The position numbers and the translations under genes are program-made. From Eledone cirrhosa (lineage: Eukaryota): a stretch of 64,000 bases of DNA. The stretch is from contig OZ024757.1 in assembly GCA_964016885.1 (NCBI GenBank), forward strand, positions 34,720,001 through 34,784,000. The letters run 5' to 3'. Each line of letters opens with the position of its first letter. The first letter of the stretch is position 1. A model generated the notes under the pieces. The model had not been told where the DNA came from. It ran no database searches and was given only the letters and a program-made list of their open reading frames with translations. Below are positions 37,322 to 51,061 of this stretch, one piece after another.

Positions 37322-39271
37322 ACTATGTGGAGACAATGTTCTAATTTATAGTATCAGAAACTAACTAAAATATAAAGTTAAATAGCCTTCCAGTTACTAA
37401 ACTTACTTAGTTGTTTATATATATTAGCTCCTTAAGTATGAATGTTCGATATCATTCAGCATTTTGTGTGTTTACAAACATTTGTTTACTGCCAAGTGGA
37501 TATTTCAACAAGGGACGCAATTCACAGGAATAGCAACGGTTTCAAGGGAAGTAAGTCGTGATTTGCTGCTTCTAACCATTTGCTTGATCGGCTAGAAATA
37601 GCAGTCAAATGATATCCCTAAATCTTAAAATAAAGAACAATACTTCGTTTATATTATTATAGACCAGGTTAACTTTGCCTTTCGTCCTTACGGGGTCGAT
37701 AAAATAATGTACCAGTAATGCCCTGGGATAATTGCTGGCCTTGTGCCAAACAGTTGAAACAATTATTAGAGAGCATAATCATCGTTATCATTATATTCAA
37801 AATTGCCATCATCCCCCACCATCAGCACCACATCATCATCACAGCACCAACTTTACTCACAGACGTACACAGATATAATATTAACCCAGCTCAACTGAGA
37901 ATTGTATTTCAAAATAAATGAAAAATATTCTCATAATCAAAATATATATTTTATTATACATATTTCAATATATATATATATTAGAAAGTGAGGTTTTTCC
38001 ACAAAGTGAAAAAAAACGAGATGTCCTACACGAGTGAAAGTATAAGGAAAAAAGATGAAATTGAAAATGCAACTGGAGTTTTTTTTTAAAAATATATTTA
38101 TTTGGTTCCTTTACCGGTTTCATAGTTCTTGTGCTTCTCAAAAGTTCATTGACAGGGAACGTCTTCACAAACCAAAGTATCGTCTTCCTGTTTTCTTTCG
38201 ATTGCAACATTTTTCAAAATATTTACTTCTGCGTTCACAGATGGATTTTTTTAGTTTCTAAGATATATGGCATGTTTAATAAATAAACATTTTGAAAGCC
38301 TCAGGTATAAATAGAAAACTGACAACCAGCGCCATCTAGTAGAATTCAGCAAAGGCAAGGAGTATATTTGTCTCTGCATTTCAAACTAAAATGGTTCTCA
38401 TTATCACAGTGCTTACCTCTGCCTACACCTGTGCAAATGGATTAATTAGCTTCATTTACATTCAACATAGTAGCTGACACTAAAGCAACAAACACAAGCT
38501 TCAGTATTGAACGTCTCTCTCTCTCCTACATGAAAGGTGGTACTACTAAAACCAGTAAACAACACCTGTTCAATCAACATTAACCAACAACACACACCTG
38601 CTTTAATATCAACATCTGCTCTCTCCTCTATTGGCTGCAGCACATTTTGTCATACATACTTTATATCTCTTGTGTGTGTATGTCATATCTACTTAATATT
38701 TAGCCCTTGAACAAAAACACCTCCATACAGTTTGGGGGTATTGTGTTTGTATTTTAACACTCTCTAAGGTAGGTAACTCTAAGTAAGTGTTGTTTGTAGT
38801 TGGCGGTGGTGGTGGCCCTGTTGAAATCTTACTGTTACCATGACTACCAATGTTATTTTCCCAAACTCAAGAAAGTTTCTAGATATAAGTTGGAAACCAG
38901 AGGCAATAAAGTGGAGTTCCAGCTAGATCCTGTCAACCAAAACTCCATGTGACTTAATTGACCTGAATGTGGCCTGGCCCCTAGAAAGTGTGAGATGTTA
39001 AGGACTAAAACACTTGTGTGAGAGGTGTTTCTTCTCTGAAGAACTTCTGCTGTCCAGCTCTCCTGAGAGTTTCTTACCACTATCTTCTTCATATCTTTTC
39101 CCTGTGTATGTATATATGCCACATTTTCTTATATAGCTCCATGTGTATATATATATATATGTGTGTGTGTCAACCTCACATTAAATTTTGGGTTCTTTAT
39201 TTGATTTATAAAAACACTACTAAAAATAACACATGTGGAACCTATAATATATTTTTACATATTCATTTCTG

Positions 39272-41740
39272 TTAGTTTGGGGTTTTTACTGGAACATTCC
39301 ACCAGTACTCTTTCATATTATGTATATGTATGTCTTCCACATTGCTGTAGCTTTTAATGTGCTTATTATCAAGGTTATCTTTTTTACGGATTGCATTGTA
39401 CAGTGTTTTGGCCACTACATCATGCCTCATAGGTAGATAGTACCGCGATGACATCTTTGGCCAACTGCTTACGACATGGGTGACATCTTCGATATTAATT
39501 CTGCAGAGTCTACACTTGTTATCACATCTAGGTGTTTTGCCTGCTTCCCTATCTCTTTTGTAAATCAGGTATTTCGTGTTAATTTCCTGTTCTTGCATTG
39601 CAAAAGTGGAGCCAATATAGCGGTTGTTGGTCCAAGATAGACTACTTTCTTTATCTATATTACTCTCACTCTGGAGCTTCCTGGCAACATATCCATGTAT
39701 GATTTTTTGCTGATAAGCATGCAGTTTTTCATCCATGGATTCACTACAATACTGCTGAGCGACTTCCCTGAGTGTGAGTTTTTGATTATCACACAGGGAA
39801 TATCTCTCGAGGAGTTCCTTCCCAACTCTCATGATCTTATCTCTTTCATGCAGATAGACTTGCTCGAGAGACGGGCTGCTACGCTTCGAGGTTTGTAGAT
39901 GTTGGAGGGGTATGATGCGACATTCAAATGCTGTTTGGACTGATGTTATGCCTCTGTCTCCCTGCTTACGTTTCAAGTAAAGGCGGTTTATGTCACTGTT
40001 GATGTGGAAGTTTCCAGTGTTGTTTAGTATTTTTCGAGTTCTAACATCAACTGCTCAGATTTCATCTATCGTCCAATTGAGTATTCCAAATGTTGGTGTT
40101 AGGACAGGCACAGCAAACACATTGTGAGCCACTGTTTTGTTTTGCGCAGAGAGTTCCGTTGACCATATTTTTCTTAATTGGGTGTAGTATTCCCTGGTTA
40201 CGTGTTCCTTATTACAGATACCATTATAGGATATGTTCTCATCTATCCACAGGTATCTGTAGCAGTCCTCATCAGGTATTGGTGAAACAGTTAGGCCATT
40301 GATGACAATGTTGCTAGATTAGGTTGTTGTTTTACCTCCCTTTACAGTCATATATGAGCATTTATCTTGGTCAAACTCTATTCCAATGTCCTTTGAGAAC
40401 GTTGTAACCAGGTCAAGTTTTTCTTCATCCCATCCATGTTCTTGGTATAGAGTTTCAGATCATCCACAAAAAAATATGGGTTAGGTACGTATTTCTGTCC
40501 TCCTGTGAGCCAATGATATATCCTTCACATTTCTTGAGCAGAAAGGACAAGGGGTTTAATGACAGGATAAATAATATCACAGAGAGACTGTCTCCCTGAA
40601 ATATACCTCTGCAGTATTTTATTTTATCAATAAAAATCGAGTCCTCCTTCTCTGTCTTTAACTTTAGGATAGTAGCCCAAGAAGAAGACAGCTTCTCTAT
40701 GGCTCTGATAATGTCTGGGACTTTAGCAAGTCGAAGGGCCTCTATCATCCAAGAGTGGGGGACAGAATTGAAAGCTTTCCTGTAGTCCAGCCAGACTGTA
40801 GCCATATTCCTCCTAAGTTGTTGCACCTCCGACATCGTAGTTTTGTTGATTAGGAGTTGTTCAGCACATCCCAAACCCTTTTCTTTCCAGCTGCTTGTTC
40901 GCCTGTGATGATGTTATTATTTTCACAGTGATCTTGGAGGAGTGGGTTCAGGCAGGCTGTATACATCTTATCCATCGGGTTCTGGCATGCAATGGGTCGG
41001 TAGTTTTTTGCCAAGTGGGTGTCTTTGTTCTTGGGGAGCAGTAATGTTTGTGCTAATATCAACCATTCTGGTATAAGTGTATCTCCCTTAAGAACTTGTT
41101 GGTAGAGGTCGGTAAGATACCTCCGATAGAATATCAGTTTTTTGTATCAGTAGCCAACAATCATATCTCTTTCTGGTGCTTTCTTATCTTGGAGTTTTCC
41201 TATCACAGTCTAAAGGGTACCCTCACTTATTTCGTACGTTTTTGTTGTAGTGTAGGAGCAATAGTTCTTTTGTATTTCTTTTAGCCACACTGCATCTTGG
41301 TTGAAATTCTTCTTTTCACCCCATATTTTTCTCCAAAAGGAATCTATGTCTTTCTGGGATGGGGCCTCAGTGACACTTATTATTTTGCCCTTCATATCTC
41401 TATAGACTGATATTTTGGTTTCGTCTGAATATTTTATCATTCTTTCAGGTATCAGCGTTTTTATCGCTGACAGCTCTCAATTGTTGTTTGAGGGTGATCA
41501 GCTTATATTGAACAGTTCTGGTTCTACTGTTACCAAACATCGTCTCTATTTTATTTTTCACTCTTTGTTGGTGAGGAGTGAATTTTTGTGTTTGTTTGCA
41601 TGTAAGGAGCATTGTCACATATCCTATGGTTTTCGTAGGTCAGCAATATTTTTTTCTATTTGAGTAATATATGATGGGTTTTTTGTGGTGTATTATTCTT
41701 GTTAAAATCCCTGCTATTACCAAGATAATGCTTCACTATG
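39272..41740 (-). mobile_element. R4/Dong-like LINE, degenerate, 3' end missing
   Basis: NYRPIAC, WLDYRKAFNSVPHSW, GIFQGDSLS, CRLC...EDVTHV, RHD motifs; paralogous to 59845-62815. Confidence 0.85.
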
Positions 41741-41995
41741 TATGTATGTATTCATCCCCCCACCCCCTACACACACACATGTGTATGTATGTATTCATTC
41801 CTACACACACACATACGTGTATGTATGTATTCATCCCTCCACACACACACACACACGTGTGTGTGTATGTATTCACCCCCACCCTCTCACACACACACGT
41901 ACGTGTGTATGTATGTATACATCCCCCCCCCCACACACACACACACACGTACGTGTGTATGTATGTATTCATTCCTACACTCACACATGTGACGG

Positions 41996-42745
41996 TGTTC
42001 CAGCTTATTCCGAAGTCTGAACAAAAGACTTACTGTTGTTGATCGTATAACTAAAATTAAGAGAGTTTAAACAAAAGACAAAGCTGTAATAAATAATTTA
42101 GCTGCGATTTCTAGCAGTGTGAGATACTACGTAGAAGTTTCCTCATCGATATGTAATTGATATTTAACTGGGTGATACTTTTCGATTTACCATCAATAAG
42201 ATACAATGGAAACAGTGTTTAAATGTATTAAATTATATCAGGGACTTTTAACGTATGACACCGGTAAGAGAATTGAAACTGTCAACGACACCGCGTACCT
42301 GCTGTCTTCATTACAACTTTAATTAGTCTAATTATATCTTGTGTACCAATTATATATATACACACAAACAATTTTCTTTCCCTGACATCAGTCTTACACT
42401 GTCATATCTATTCTTACTTCACAATTGTGTCTACTAAGAGTTCCATTATAATCTGTGGTAGAATAACGTCTATTTCACCAGAACATCTGATATCAGTCAT
42501 TTATGGACAATATATATATTTTAGACCACATATCAACCTAATATATACATATTTCCTATCAAATCTCTGGCTAAAGACAATTGTTTTCAAGGTATTTCCA
42601 CAATTTTTATCATGATTACGTTTTTTCCACTAATTTATTATGTTTTAATTTTTAAATGTTTCTGACTAACTTTTCGGCACTACACGTAATTGGCTGTCAG
42701 AAGTGAAACTTTTCTTTTGTTTGTGTTATAAACCCTCTAAAAATT
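41996..42745 (+). promoter_or_regulatory. Conserved ZNF upstream module (ZNF4)
   Basis: Homologous to 7505-8180; near-identical to 63400-64000. Confidence 0.5.
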
Positions 42746-42813
42746 GAAATATATATATATACTGGAATTAAAATATCAAGACCGTAGAGGTATATCATAT
42801 ATCAAATCATATA

Positions 42814-42880
42814 TTTTATCTGACGAGGACGTACTGGAAAAAAACAACAACACAGTACCATCGAAATATATATAATAAAG
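42814..42880 (+). ncRNA. Type I minimal hammerhead ribozyme motif
   Basis: TTTTAT-CTGACGA-GGACGTACTG..CAGTACCATC-GAAA-TATATA-TA-ATAAAG. Confidence 0.6.
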
Positions 42881-43118
42881 CATATATTTTGATTATGTGA
42901 ATATCTTCATTTGTTAATATTTTGAATAATTTAAATTAACCGATATAAAAGTAGTCCCACTCTTGCAAGCAGGGAAAAGGCGGACGTAAAATGAAATAAA
43001 ATGAAATGAAAAAAAAAGACACACAAGCGAAAACCAACCAAACAGTGAGTGTGTTCTGTTATTAATTCTGGCAATATTATTACACATATATGACCCTCCC
43101 GAAGTATATATATATATA

Positions 43119-43727
43119 TATCTAAAACAGAGAATGTCTGTCTGTCTCCCCAAAACTCGAGAACCACCCAACCGATTGTTTTCAAACTTTACACATGTAA
43201 TACTTATGGTCCTGTGACTGTTTTGAGCAATAAATATTTCAAATTTCCAATGCCCTGGGGACCGCATTAGGCGATTTAGCGATCTCTCTCTATAATTCTT
43301 AGTCTTTCTTTTTAGATAGATACATAGATAAAACGTTGTGCCCTTATAATATCTGGCTGTCTGCATTACGACATTATGACGTCGCTATCGGTGTGTGGGT
43401 GTATGTATATATATATATAGTGTGTGTATATATATATGGTGTGTAACGGTTTTCGAAATATTTACTTCTGCGTTCACAGATTGATGTTTTTAGTTTCAGA
43501 AAATCCCGTTAAGGGTGAAAGCAGCGATTCTTTGCTTAAACTTTAATCTGTTATTTTAATATATATATATATATATAATTATATATTCGTATACAGATAT
43601 TTTTGTATACACAATAACAAAATATAAATAAACGTATTTATTTCACGAGGCTCGATAAGGATAAACATATATCAAATATATAAGAACCCTAGAGCAAATC
43701 CCGAGCAACGCCGGGCCATTCTGTTAG
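43119..43727 (+). mobile_element. Non-autonomous Helitron
   Basis: 5' TA-rich..AAAACAGAGAATGTCTGTCTGTC; 3' hairpin CCCGAGCAACGCCGGG followed by a CTAG-like end (gttag|t). Confidence 0.7.
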
Positions 43728-43836
43728 TATATATATATATATATTTCATATATACAAATGTAGGTCTGTGTTCGTTGGTATGTACCTTTATATATATATA
43801 TATATATATAAAGGTACATACCCTTATTATTATTTT

Positions 43837-43874
<38 letters not shown>

Positions 43875-43878
<4 letters not shown>

Positions 43879-45230
43879 AAAAAGTGAACGGGAACAAAAC
43901 AGAGAGGCAGTACGAACAAAGGTTTATTAGTTTCACGCTCTTGAAAGTAGGGTGGTGGTGGGGAACGACGTTTCGGGCATAAGCCCTTCTTCAGGTGAAA
44001 AGTGTGTGGGAAGAGAGTTCCAAGGGTGTGTAGGGGAGTGGTGGAGAGACATATAGAAAAAAGGGGGTGAGAGGAAACGGTACAAATGAAATTAAATATA
44101 AAAGCATAATAAAAATAAACATGAAGTAAAACAGGTGGTGGAAGGATGTGGGGCGTGTAGGGAGTGGTGGAGTCTGGAGAGGGAGGCGGGGTGTCCGACC
44201 GGGGAGGGCTGAAGGTGGTGTGTTTGTGTAGGTGTACGTGTGTGTGTATGTGAAAGTAAGAGTTGGGGGAAGAACGGGGTTGCATGTTCAGGAAAAGGTG
44301 TGTGTGGAGTGGGGTGTAGGTCGGTGCGTGTGTGGATGGGGAGGGGTCAGAGGGATGGGGGAGAGGATTCCGGAGGCTGAGTGTGTAAATATGTGGTGGT
44401 ACACACGTGTGTGGTGTTTGTACGTGTTGTGGATGTAGGTGGCGTGTGGGAAAAATAATGTTTTGAGTGTATGTCAGTGGGTGAGTCCTTAAGGTAGTTC
44501 CGTAGAGGATGTGGTGGAATGCTGGGTAATATCCTTGGGATGTGGTTGATTCTTGGGATCGATGTCCAATGTGTGTAATCCGTGGTTGGGTTGGTCGGAA
44601 GAGGGGGCGATGTGGGGTGCGCGCGCAACAGGAAGTGGTCAGAGGGTCAAGGCAGGAGGAGGGTTGTGTTTCTGTGAGTGTGGGGAGGTGGTCAGAGATA
44701 AGGGCATAGCAGCAGTCGGGGAGAACGGTGTGTCATTGTGTGCGGAGGTATGGTGGACAGGGGAGAGGATGGGTAGGTGTGGAAGTTGGAGTGAGGAGGG
44801 GTTGTGTGTATTAGTAGAGGTGTTAGTGGGATGTGTGTGTGTGTGTGAGAAAGGGTGTGGGTGGAGCGGGGAGAGAAGGGTGTGGGGGCCGGTGGAGGGA
44901 GTGTAGTGTACTGGTGTGTGTGTGGTGAAGGGGGTGTTAGTATATTGGTGGTGGGGAAAGGGTTGAATGCGGGTGTTAGTGGGGGTCAGTGGTGGTAGGG
45001 TGTGTGTGTTCATGTGCGTAGGGTTGGGGGGTGTTAGTGATATTAGGTGGGTGTGTGTGTTCGTGTGCGTGGGGTCAGGGGGTGTTAGTGATGTTAGTTG
45101 CGGGGTGGATGTGTGGGGGTGATGGTTAGTGGTGGTAGTAGGGTGTGTGTTTAGTGTGAATGCGTGTATATATGTACCGGTGGGTGTGTGCGTGTGATAA
45201 GGGGAGGGGGGAGAAGAAAGGAGGGATGTT
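43875..45230 (-). mobile_element. Penelope-like-derived element with GT/CA-rich low-complexity body
   Basis: Hammerhead plus AATAAA near the 3' end, running into (TA)n; body is low complexity. Confidence 0.5.
43965..43996 (-). ncRNA. Minimal hammerhead ribozyme of PLE type
   Basis: AC-CTGAAGA-AGGGC TTAT GCCC-GAAA-CG-TC-GT on the minus strand. Confidence 0.7.
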
Positions 45231-45239
45231 AGTATGTAG

Positions 45240-45835
45240 CAGTTGACAATGATGCTACTGCACCAATCATTTGAAATGACACCTTCTAGTATTACCTGGT
45301 TAACATGCGTGTGGTTATAGTGTGACCTACCGACCCAGATGCCTTCAGCATCTCCTCAGCTAAACCCGATGGACCGGTTGCTCATCCCGTCTTCATATCT
45401 TTGATTGCCTTACTTACTACGCTGCTGCTGACTTGTATTGCTGGCCCCTCTATAGGGTCTCTTCTTCCCATGCATTCTCCTCATTTAGTAATCTATTATA
45501 ATGGCTCTTCCACGCATCTTTCTTCTCAGCACTTGTGAGGGCAAGCTCACCTATCATTCCGGATACACTTCTCTCCAATCACATCACAATTCTCTCTGAC
45601 ACACTGCCTCGCAATCTTGAACACCTCCTGTTTCTGGTCCTCACGTTGCAAAACATGCTTGAATTTTCTATCCTCTGCTTCCCTTCTAGCTAAGTATACT
45701 TGTCGCCTAGCTTCCCTCCTGGTCTCTATGTAATGTACCCTGCGTCCCCCGTTCTTCCATTCTTTCCATGCCTGTCTCTTGGCCTTAACTGCCTCATCTA
45801 CCTTATTGTTCCACCACCAAGTCACTCTCCGCCTG
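45240..45835 (-). mobile_element. RTE LINE fragment (region upstream of RT)
   Basis: TWWWNNKVDEAVKAKRQAWKEWK...FKIARQ motif. Confidence 0.8.
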
Positions 45836-45845
45836 CCTGTGGTCT

Positions 45846-45890
<45 letters not shown>

Positions 45891-46810
45891 ATACATGTAT
45901 TTATATATATATTGTATGGACCTGTTGCGTTTGGGGTACTCTAGTGACTTACTTTGTTTCTGGGGCATATTTTAAAACCTGATGGAGCCCACCTTCTCTC
46001 TCCAGGTCTGAACACAATTGATACCTGGATAAAACTTGAAGGGAAATCAGATATTGTATGGATCTATATAGACTCCTAACTCCTGGTCTAAACACAGCTG
46101 ATTCTCCCAGAGAAGGAGAGAGAGAGTGATAGAGAAGAAGTGAGAAAAGAATATAGAGAAACATTTGACTCCTGCTAATAAAAAGGTGGAGGTTAAACTG
46201 GTGTTGACAGGTTATCAGGAGAGGAAACAATAGCTATGTTAGAAAGTCCTAGAAGAGTGAATTTCCTGGGAAAATGCCACAGAGGAGACCTCCCAAGAGA
46301 TAGAAGGATAAAATTTATAGAACATGCTGGAATACCACTTCTCACATTGGAGAGAATTGTTCTGGACAGGAAAGTTATCTACAGTTTACCAATATAGAAA
46401 TATAAAATTTCCACTGTTAAATCTATCTTTAAGTATTCACTATTATCTCATACTGTTTCTTTCTTATTTCAGAATACCAGATGACATAGGGATGAATTAA
46501 TTTTTTTATCTTGGATACATCACCAATATTTATCATCATTTTAAGACTAAATCTATTTATACAGAAGTGATATAACACAGTTTATATAACTGTATTGTTC
46601 AATTACTGTGAATTATTTCCTCAGAACTATGTTTATATTCTTCTCTATGAGATATATTTTGTATTTTAACTAAACTTGGATAACAAAAAAGTTTACACTA
46701 TCTGAAGATATTAACTGAGATCACAGTTGAGGGAAATATTTTTAGGAATATAATATAAAAAATATTACAAGAAAAACCGCTGTATATTCTGTTGAGAAGA
46801 AAGGAACGTG

Positions 46811-47734
46811 ATGGAAAATAAATTCAGTGAGAAGATAAAATGTGAAACACTGTCTAAAAGGGTTACTATACCTAATGAGATGACAAACGATACAGAAGAG
46901 AAGCCATATCACTGTGTTATCTGTAAAGGGTTATTCTTTCATAAGATCAATTTAACTATGCATAAATGTGTACTTACAGGAGAGAAGCCATATCACTGTG
47001 ATATCTGTGGTAAATCATTCTCTTATAGTAGTAACTTAAAAAAACACAAACGTATACATACAGGAGAGAAGCCATATCATTGTGATATCTGTGGTAAATC
47101 ATTCTCTCTAAACAGTACATTAACTAGACACAAACATATACATACAGGAGAGAAGCCATATCACTGTGATATCTGTGGTAAATCATTCTCTGATAGGGGT
47201 CACTTAACTAGACACAAATATATACATACAGGAGACAAGCCATATGTCTGTGAGGTCTGTGGTAAATCATTCGATCTTAGTAGTCACTTAACTTCTCACA
47301 TACGTATACACACAGGAGACAAGCCATATCACTGTGATATCTGTGGTAAATCATTCTCTGCAAGTTATAACTTAACTACTCACAAACGTTTACATACAGG
47401 AGAGAAGCCATATCACTGTGATATATGTGGTAAATCATTCTCTGCAAGTAGTCACTTAACTTACCATAAACGTATACATACAGGTTACATGCCATATCAC
47501 TGTGAGGTCTGTGGTAAATCATTCTCTCTAAGTAGTCACTTAACTTCTCACATACGTACACACACAGGAGACAAGCCATTTCACTGTGATATCTGTGGTA
47601 AATCATTCTCTGCAAGTAGTACCTTAACATCTCACAAACGTATACATACAGGAGAGAAGTCATACCACTGTGATATCTGTGGTAAATCATTCTCTCAAAA
47701 AGGAAACTTAACTACTCACAAATGTATCATATAG
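46811..47734 (+). CDS. Tandem C2H2 zinc-finger protein, ~10 fingers (ZNF4 here)
   Basis: ATG follows GTG at 46808; first and last fingers imperfect; a 1-nt deletion ends the ORF, decayed fingers continue to ~48020. Confidence 0.85.
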   Translation: MENKFSEKIKCETLSKRVTIPNEMTNDTEEKPYHCVICKGLFFHKINLTMHKCVLTGEKPYHCDICGKSFSYSSNLKKHKRIHTGEKPYHCDICGKSFSLNSTLTRHKHIHTGEKPYHCDICGKSFSDRGHLTRHKYIHTGDKPYVCEVCGKSFDLSSHLTSHIRIHTGDKPYHCDICGKSFSASYNLTTHKRLHTGEKPYHCDICGKSFSASSHLTYHKRIHTGYMPYHCEVCGKSFSLSSHLTSHIRTHTGDKPFHCDICGKSFSASSTLTSHKRIHTGEKSYHCDICGKSFSQKGNLTTHKCII

Positions 47735-47917
<183 letters not shown>

Positions 47918-48020
47918 TGAGATCTATAGTAAATCATTCTCTCTAAGTAGTCACTTAACTTCTCAAACGTATACATACAGGGAGAAGCCATATCACTGTG
48001 ATATATGTGTTAAATCATTC

Positions 48021-48440
48021 TGTAGTGGATACATGCACAAAACCTTATTAATGTCACCTCCGCCTAAGTATGAAGAGGCACCAAAACTTTGTCAGTCGCG
48101 ACAGACCTTCCACATCATCGTGACTCCTTCGCCTGGCAACAGCAACTCAGGTCATCACTCCAACTACTATCGCTAACAAGAGACAAGGAGTTGATATATA
48201 CATATTACATTTCTACAGACCCCTTGGTGTTTTACAGACTCTCTCCCTCTTTCACTCCATCTCTATCGCTTAGTCAAGACAGTGAAGTTCATGAAGTTTT
48301 CTTGTTAAATACAATTCAACTCTACTTTTACAAACAAACAACTAATGTATATAATTCTTGTGTATTTTTAGTATAACTTCAGCGTGAGTTATTTTCAATA
48401 AATTAATAATATAGTGGTTTGGTGTCATCGTGGTTCATTT
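48021..48440. mobile_element. Paralogous truncated copy of the probable solo LTR at 134-929 (no SINE)
   Basis: Same insertion point attc|tgtagtggat; sequence breaks at a TA run. Confidence 0.55.
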
Positions 48441-48639
48441 ATATATATATATATATGAATATATATATATATACATAGAGTATTTACGTATCGAGAGAGA
48501 GAAAAAAGGAGGGATAGGTGATACATGTAGTTATTTGCCAAATAGCGTATGCAGAAGGTGCTCAATACTAGTGCCGGCAGAATTACATATTAGAAGTGTT
48601 AATATTTAGTGGGCGAGAGAATTAGCAGAGTGTAAGCAC

Positions 48640-49840
48640 ATGGAAAAGTAAGAAATAGGAGAACAGACTGTTAATACATGTTTATTTAAAACAGTACCTA
48701 CGTACGTTTCACCCGGATGGGCTTCTCAAGGGCATAAATAACTAAGTGTTCCTTACATGGCCCGGAAAGTGTTTTGGAGGTAAGTTCACGTCAGAGTTCA
48801 TTCTTCGCAAAAAGAGCGTGTTTTGATTTTGCAGTAGGTCAAGGGAGGTAACTCTGGCTGGTGTCAGGGCAGTCTTTTCCGGACAAATTTTTTATCCGTT
48901 ACAAGATGTGGTTACAACCTTACCATTATCGATACGCACAGGGTCAGGTAAGCAACGTTTGTTTTGAGACGTTTGTTCGCTGCACCTGCCCGCCTGGGTC
49001 ATTTGAAGCTGGGTCTGGGATGCATGGTTAGTTTCCGGATGTTTTTTGCAGTGCCTGCCTGCCGGGGTGTTAGAGCTTGTTGCAGTGAGACCCGGTATAC
49101 GGTTTCACTCCATCCTTATCCCATCTGAAGAAGGATATTTTTAAGTGATGTGTACAGCTTATCGTCGTTTCAGCTCTGCTGTTGATGAGCTCGTGGGGTG
49201 CCGTTGTGATATGGTAGAGCTCCACGAGGCAAAGATCGCACTTCCTCTTAAAGTTGTATGGAGCAGCCCTGCCGACAATATCCCAGTGCATGGAGAAGCT
49301 GATGTTTAAGTCTTTTAATGATTTGATGTAGTCCGCGAATGAAGTGGAGTGTCTAAATTTCTTATTTGTGAAAGAGTGGAAATGTGTTCGAAATCTAATT
49401 TTGAAAGGGCCAGAGGTAGCCCCTATATAATGTTTAACGCTATTGTGGCTAGTTACAGTGCACCTATATATAACCCTATCAGTCAAGCAGTATCCCCTAA
49501 GGGGGCAGCGTCCCCCGTCGCAGCAGTTGCAATTTCTGTCGCGGTCCCTTCTAATTTCCACGGTAAGGTTATCATTATTGCTATCTACGTTGTTACCTAC
49601 GCTGCCGCACCTGTCGTTAGCACCATTACAACCCACAGCGCGCGGAGTGGTACCATTATTATTCCGCACGTCATGTCGCGGTTATGCTGGTTGCGTCTGT
49701 GGAGGCTGTTGCCAGCACTATTGGATGCTGCTAGGGAGTTGTTAAGGCCGATATAGTTATTGTCAGGTGTAGGTGCGTCTGTGCTAAGGTGCTGTGTCTT
49801 GGTGATCTTACTGTGATTAGTTGTTCCTATGATGTCTGCT
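48640..49840 (-). mobile_element. Penelope-like element 3' part with GIY-YIG endonuclease (Naiad-like, inferred)
   Basis: ORF 49070-49669: CNC..CPL.G.C...VIY..YIG.T...FK.RF..H..SF...CDLCL.E..LINSR.E; pLTR with hammerhead and AATAAA. Confidence 0.85.
48697..48732 (-). ncRNA. Minimal hammerhead variant (U3-A8)
   Basis: CCC-TTGAGAA-GCCC ATCC GGGT-GAAAC GTAC GTA-GG. Confidence 0.55.
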
Positions 49841-50439
49841 ATGAAGCCTTGCTGGGGCACCACCATGATGCTATACTTTATATAGCCTTCAAAGGCTGGC
49901 CTTTGATGCAAAAGGGAGTTTGTTGCTGCTGCTCTTATTTGTGCTTCACCTCTGGTGTGGGCAGCTTATTAAAAAGCTGGGGTCCTTATTCTTGATGCAA
50001 TAGATGGGAACTTTGACACTACACAGTAGGCATCTCTTAACCTAATATACACCCCCACCCCACACACCCTACCCCATCCTCCCATTTTCAGTCCGTCCAC
50101 TGTGTCGATGACACAACAGTCCACACTGTAAATGTGGTTGGTGTTAGGAAGGGCATCCAGCTGTAAAAAAAAAACCTGCCAGAGACACTTCCGTAGGAGC
50201 GAGACACGGTCTCCCGACCATTCCCGCATAAAATGGGACAAAACCGTCTAACCCATGCTAGCGTGGACGATGGCCGTTAAACGATGATGATGATGATAAT
50301 GATGATATATATATATATGCAGAGGTTATATTTAATTTGTTAGGATTCAACAAGCTCAAACATTTTTATAACTGATATAAAGCACTCAACTGTTAAGTGG
50401 AGTAAATACACAATATATTAATAAATGGAAACCATATTT

Positions 50440-50503
50440 ATTTTATTATACATATTTCAAGGGCCACCAAGGAAAATTATGGTGCGCTTTCATCAGATAA
50501 AAT
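50440..50503 (-). ncRNA. Type I minimal hammerhead ribozyme motif
   Basis: ATTTTAT-CTGATGA-AAGCGCACCA..TGGTGGCCCTT-GAAA-TATGTA-TA-ATAAAAT on the minus strand. Confidence 0.65.
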
Positions 50504-50617
50504 ACAGATTTGTTTTATAAATAAATATTGACATACCCGGAAAAAAAGACAACCTTAATGGTTGGAGCTTCCTGGATACTATGTATATGTTTATAACAAG
50601 AAAGAAAATGATCTTCC

Positions 50618-51060
50618 TGTTGCGAAATCTGTCCACACCTTGAACCCTGGGTGACACAGAAAGGTCAAATTCCCGATCTCCTGCTTTTCGGTATAAACAA
50701 GTTCATGTGTGGGTGATCGAGGTGGGAAATAGAAAACGACAGGTATAAATAGCCTGTATCAGACCAAGCAAGAAAGCTCGGAGCAGTACACGAGAGAATA
50801 GCTATGCAAAACATCCAGCTCTAACTACAGTCCCCTGAGGTCTACAGACTGCTACAGACCTCTCTCTCTCCTGGTCTACAGACTTCTCACCTTCTCTGGC
50901 CACAGACTACACCAGTATCATGAAGCAACGTCAAAAACAACTTCAACCGTTATAACTCTTAGTAACCTATTCTTTGTTTATTTATGAAGTGAAGTGAAGT
51001 AAATCTTTTATATCAAAAGTAAACCAGCTACTCGTGTTATTTCTTCTAATAACTACTAAC
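50618..51060 (+). mobile_element. Possible solo LTR directly upstream of the ZNF5 module
   Basis: Begins TGTTGCG, TATAAATAG at ~50744, short ctacagac repeats; ends and TSD not resolved. Confidence 0.3.
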
Positions 51061-51061
51061 C

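Noticed and set aside
49070-49669. Selenocysteine recoding, as reported for some Naiad PLEs
   Set aside because: The conserved Cys positions are ordinary Cys codons; no in-frame TGA in this ORF
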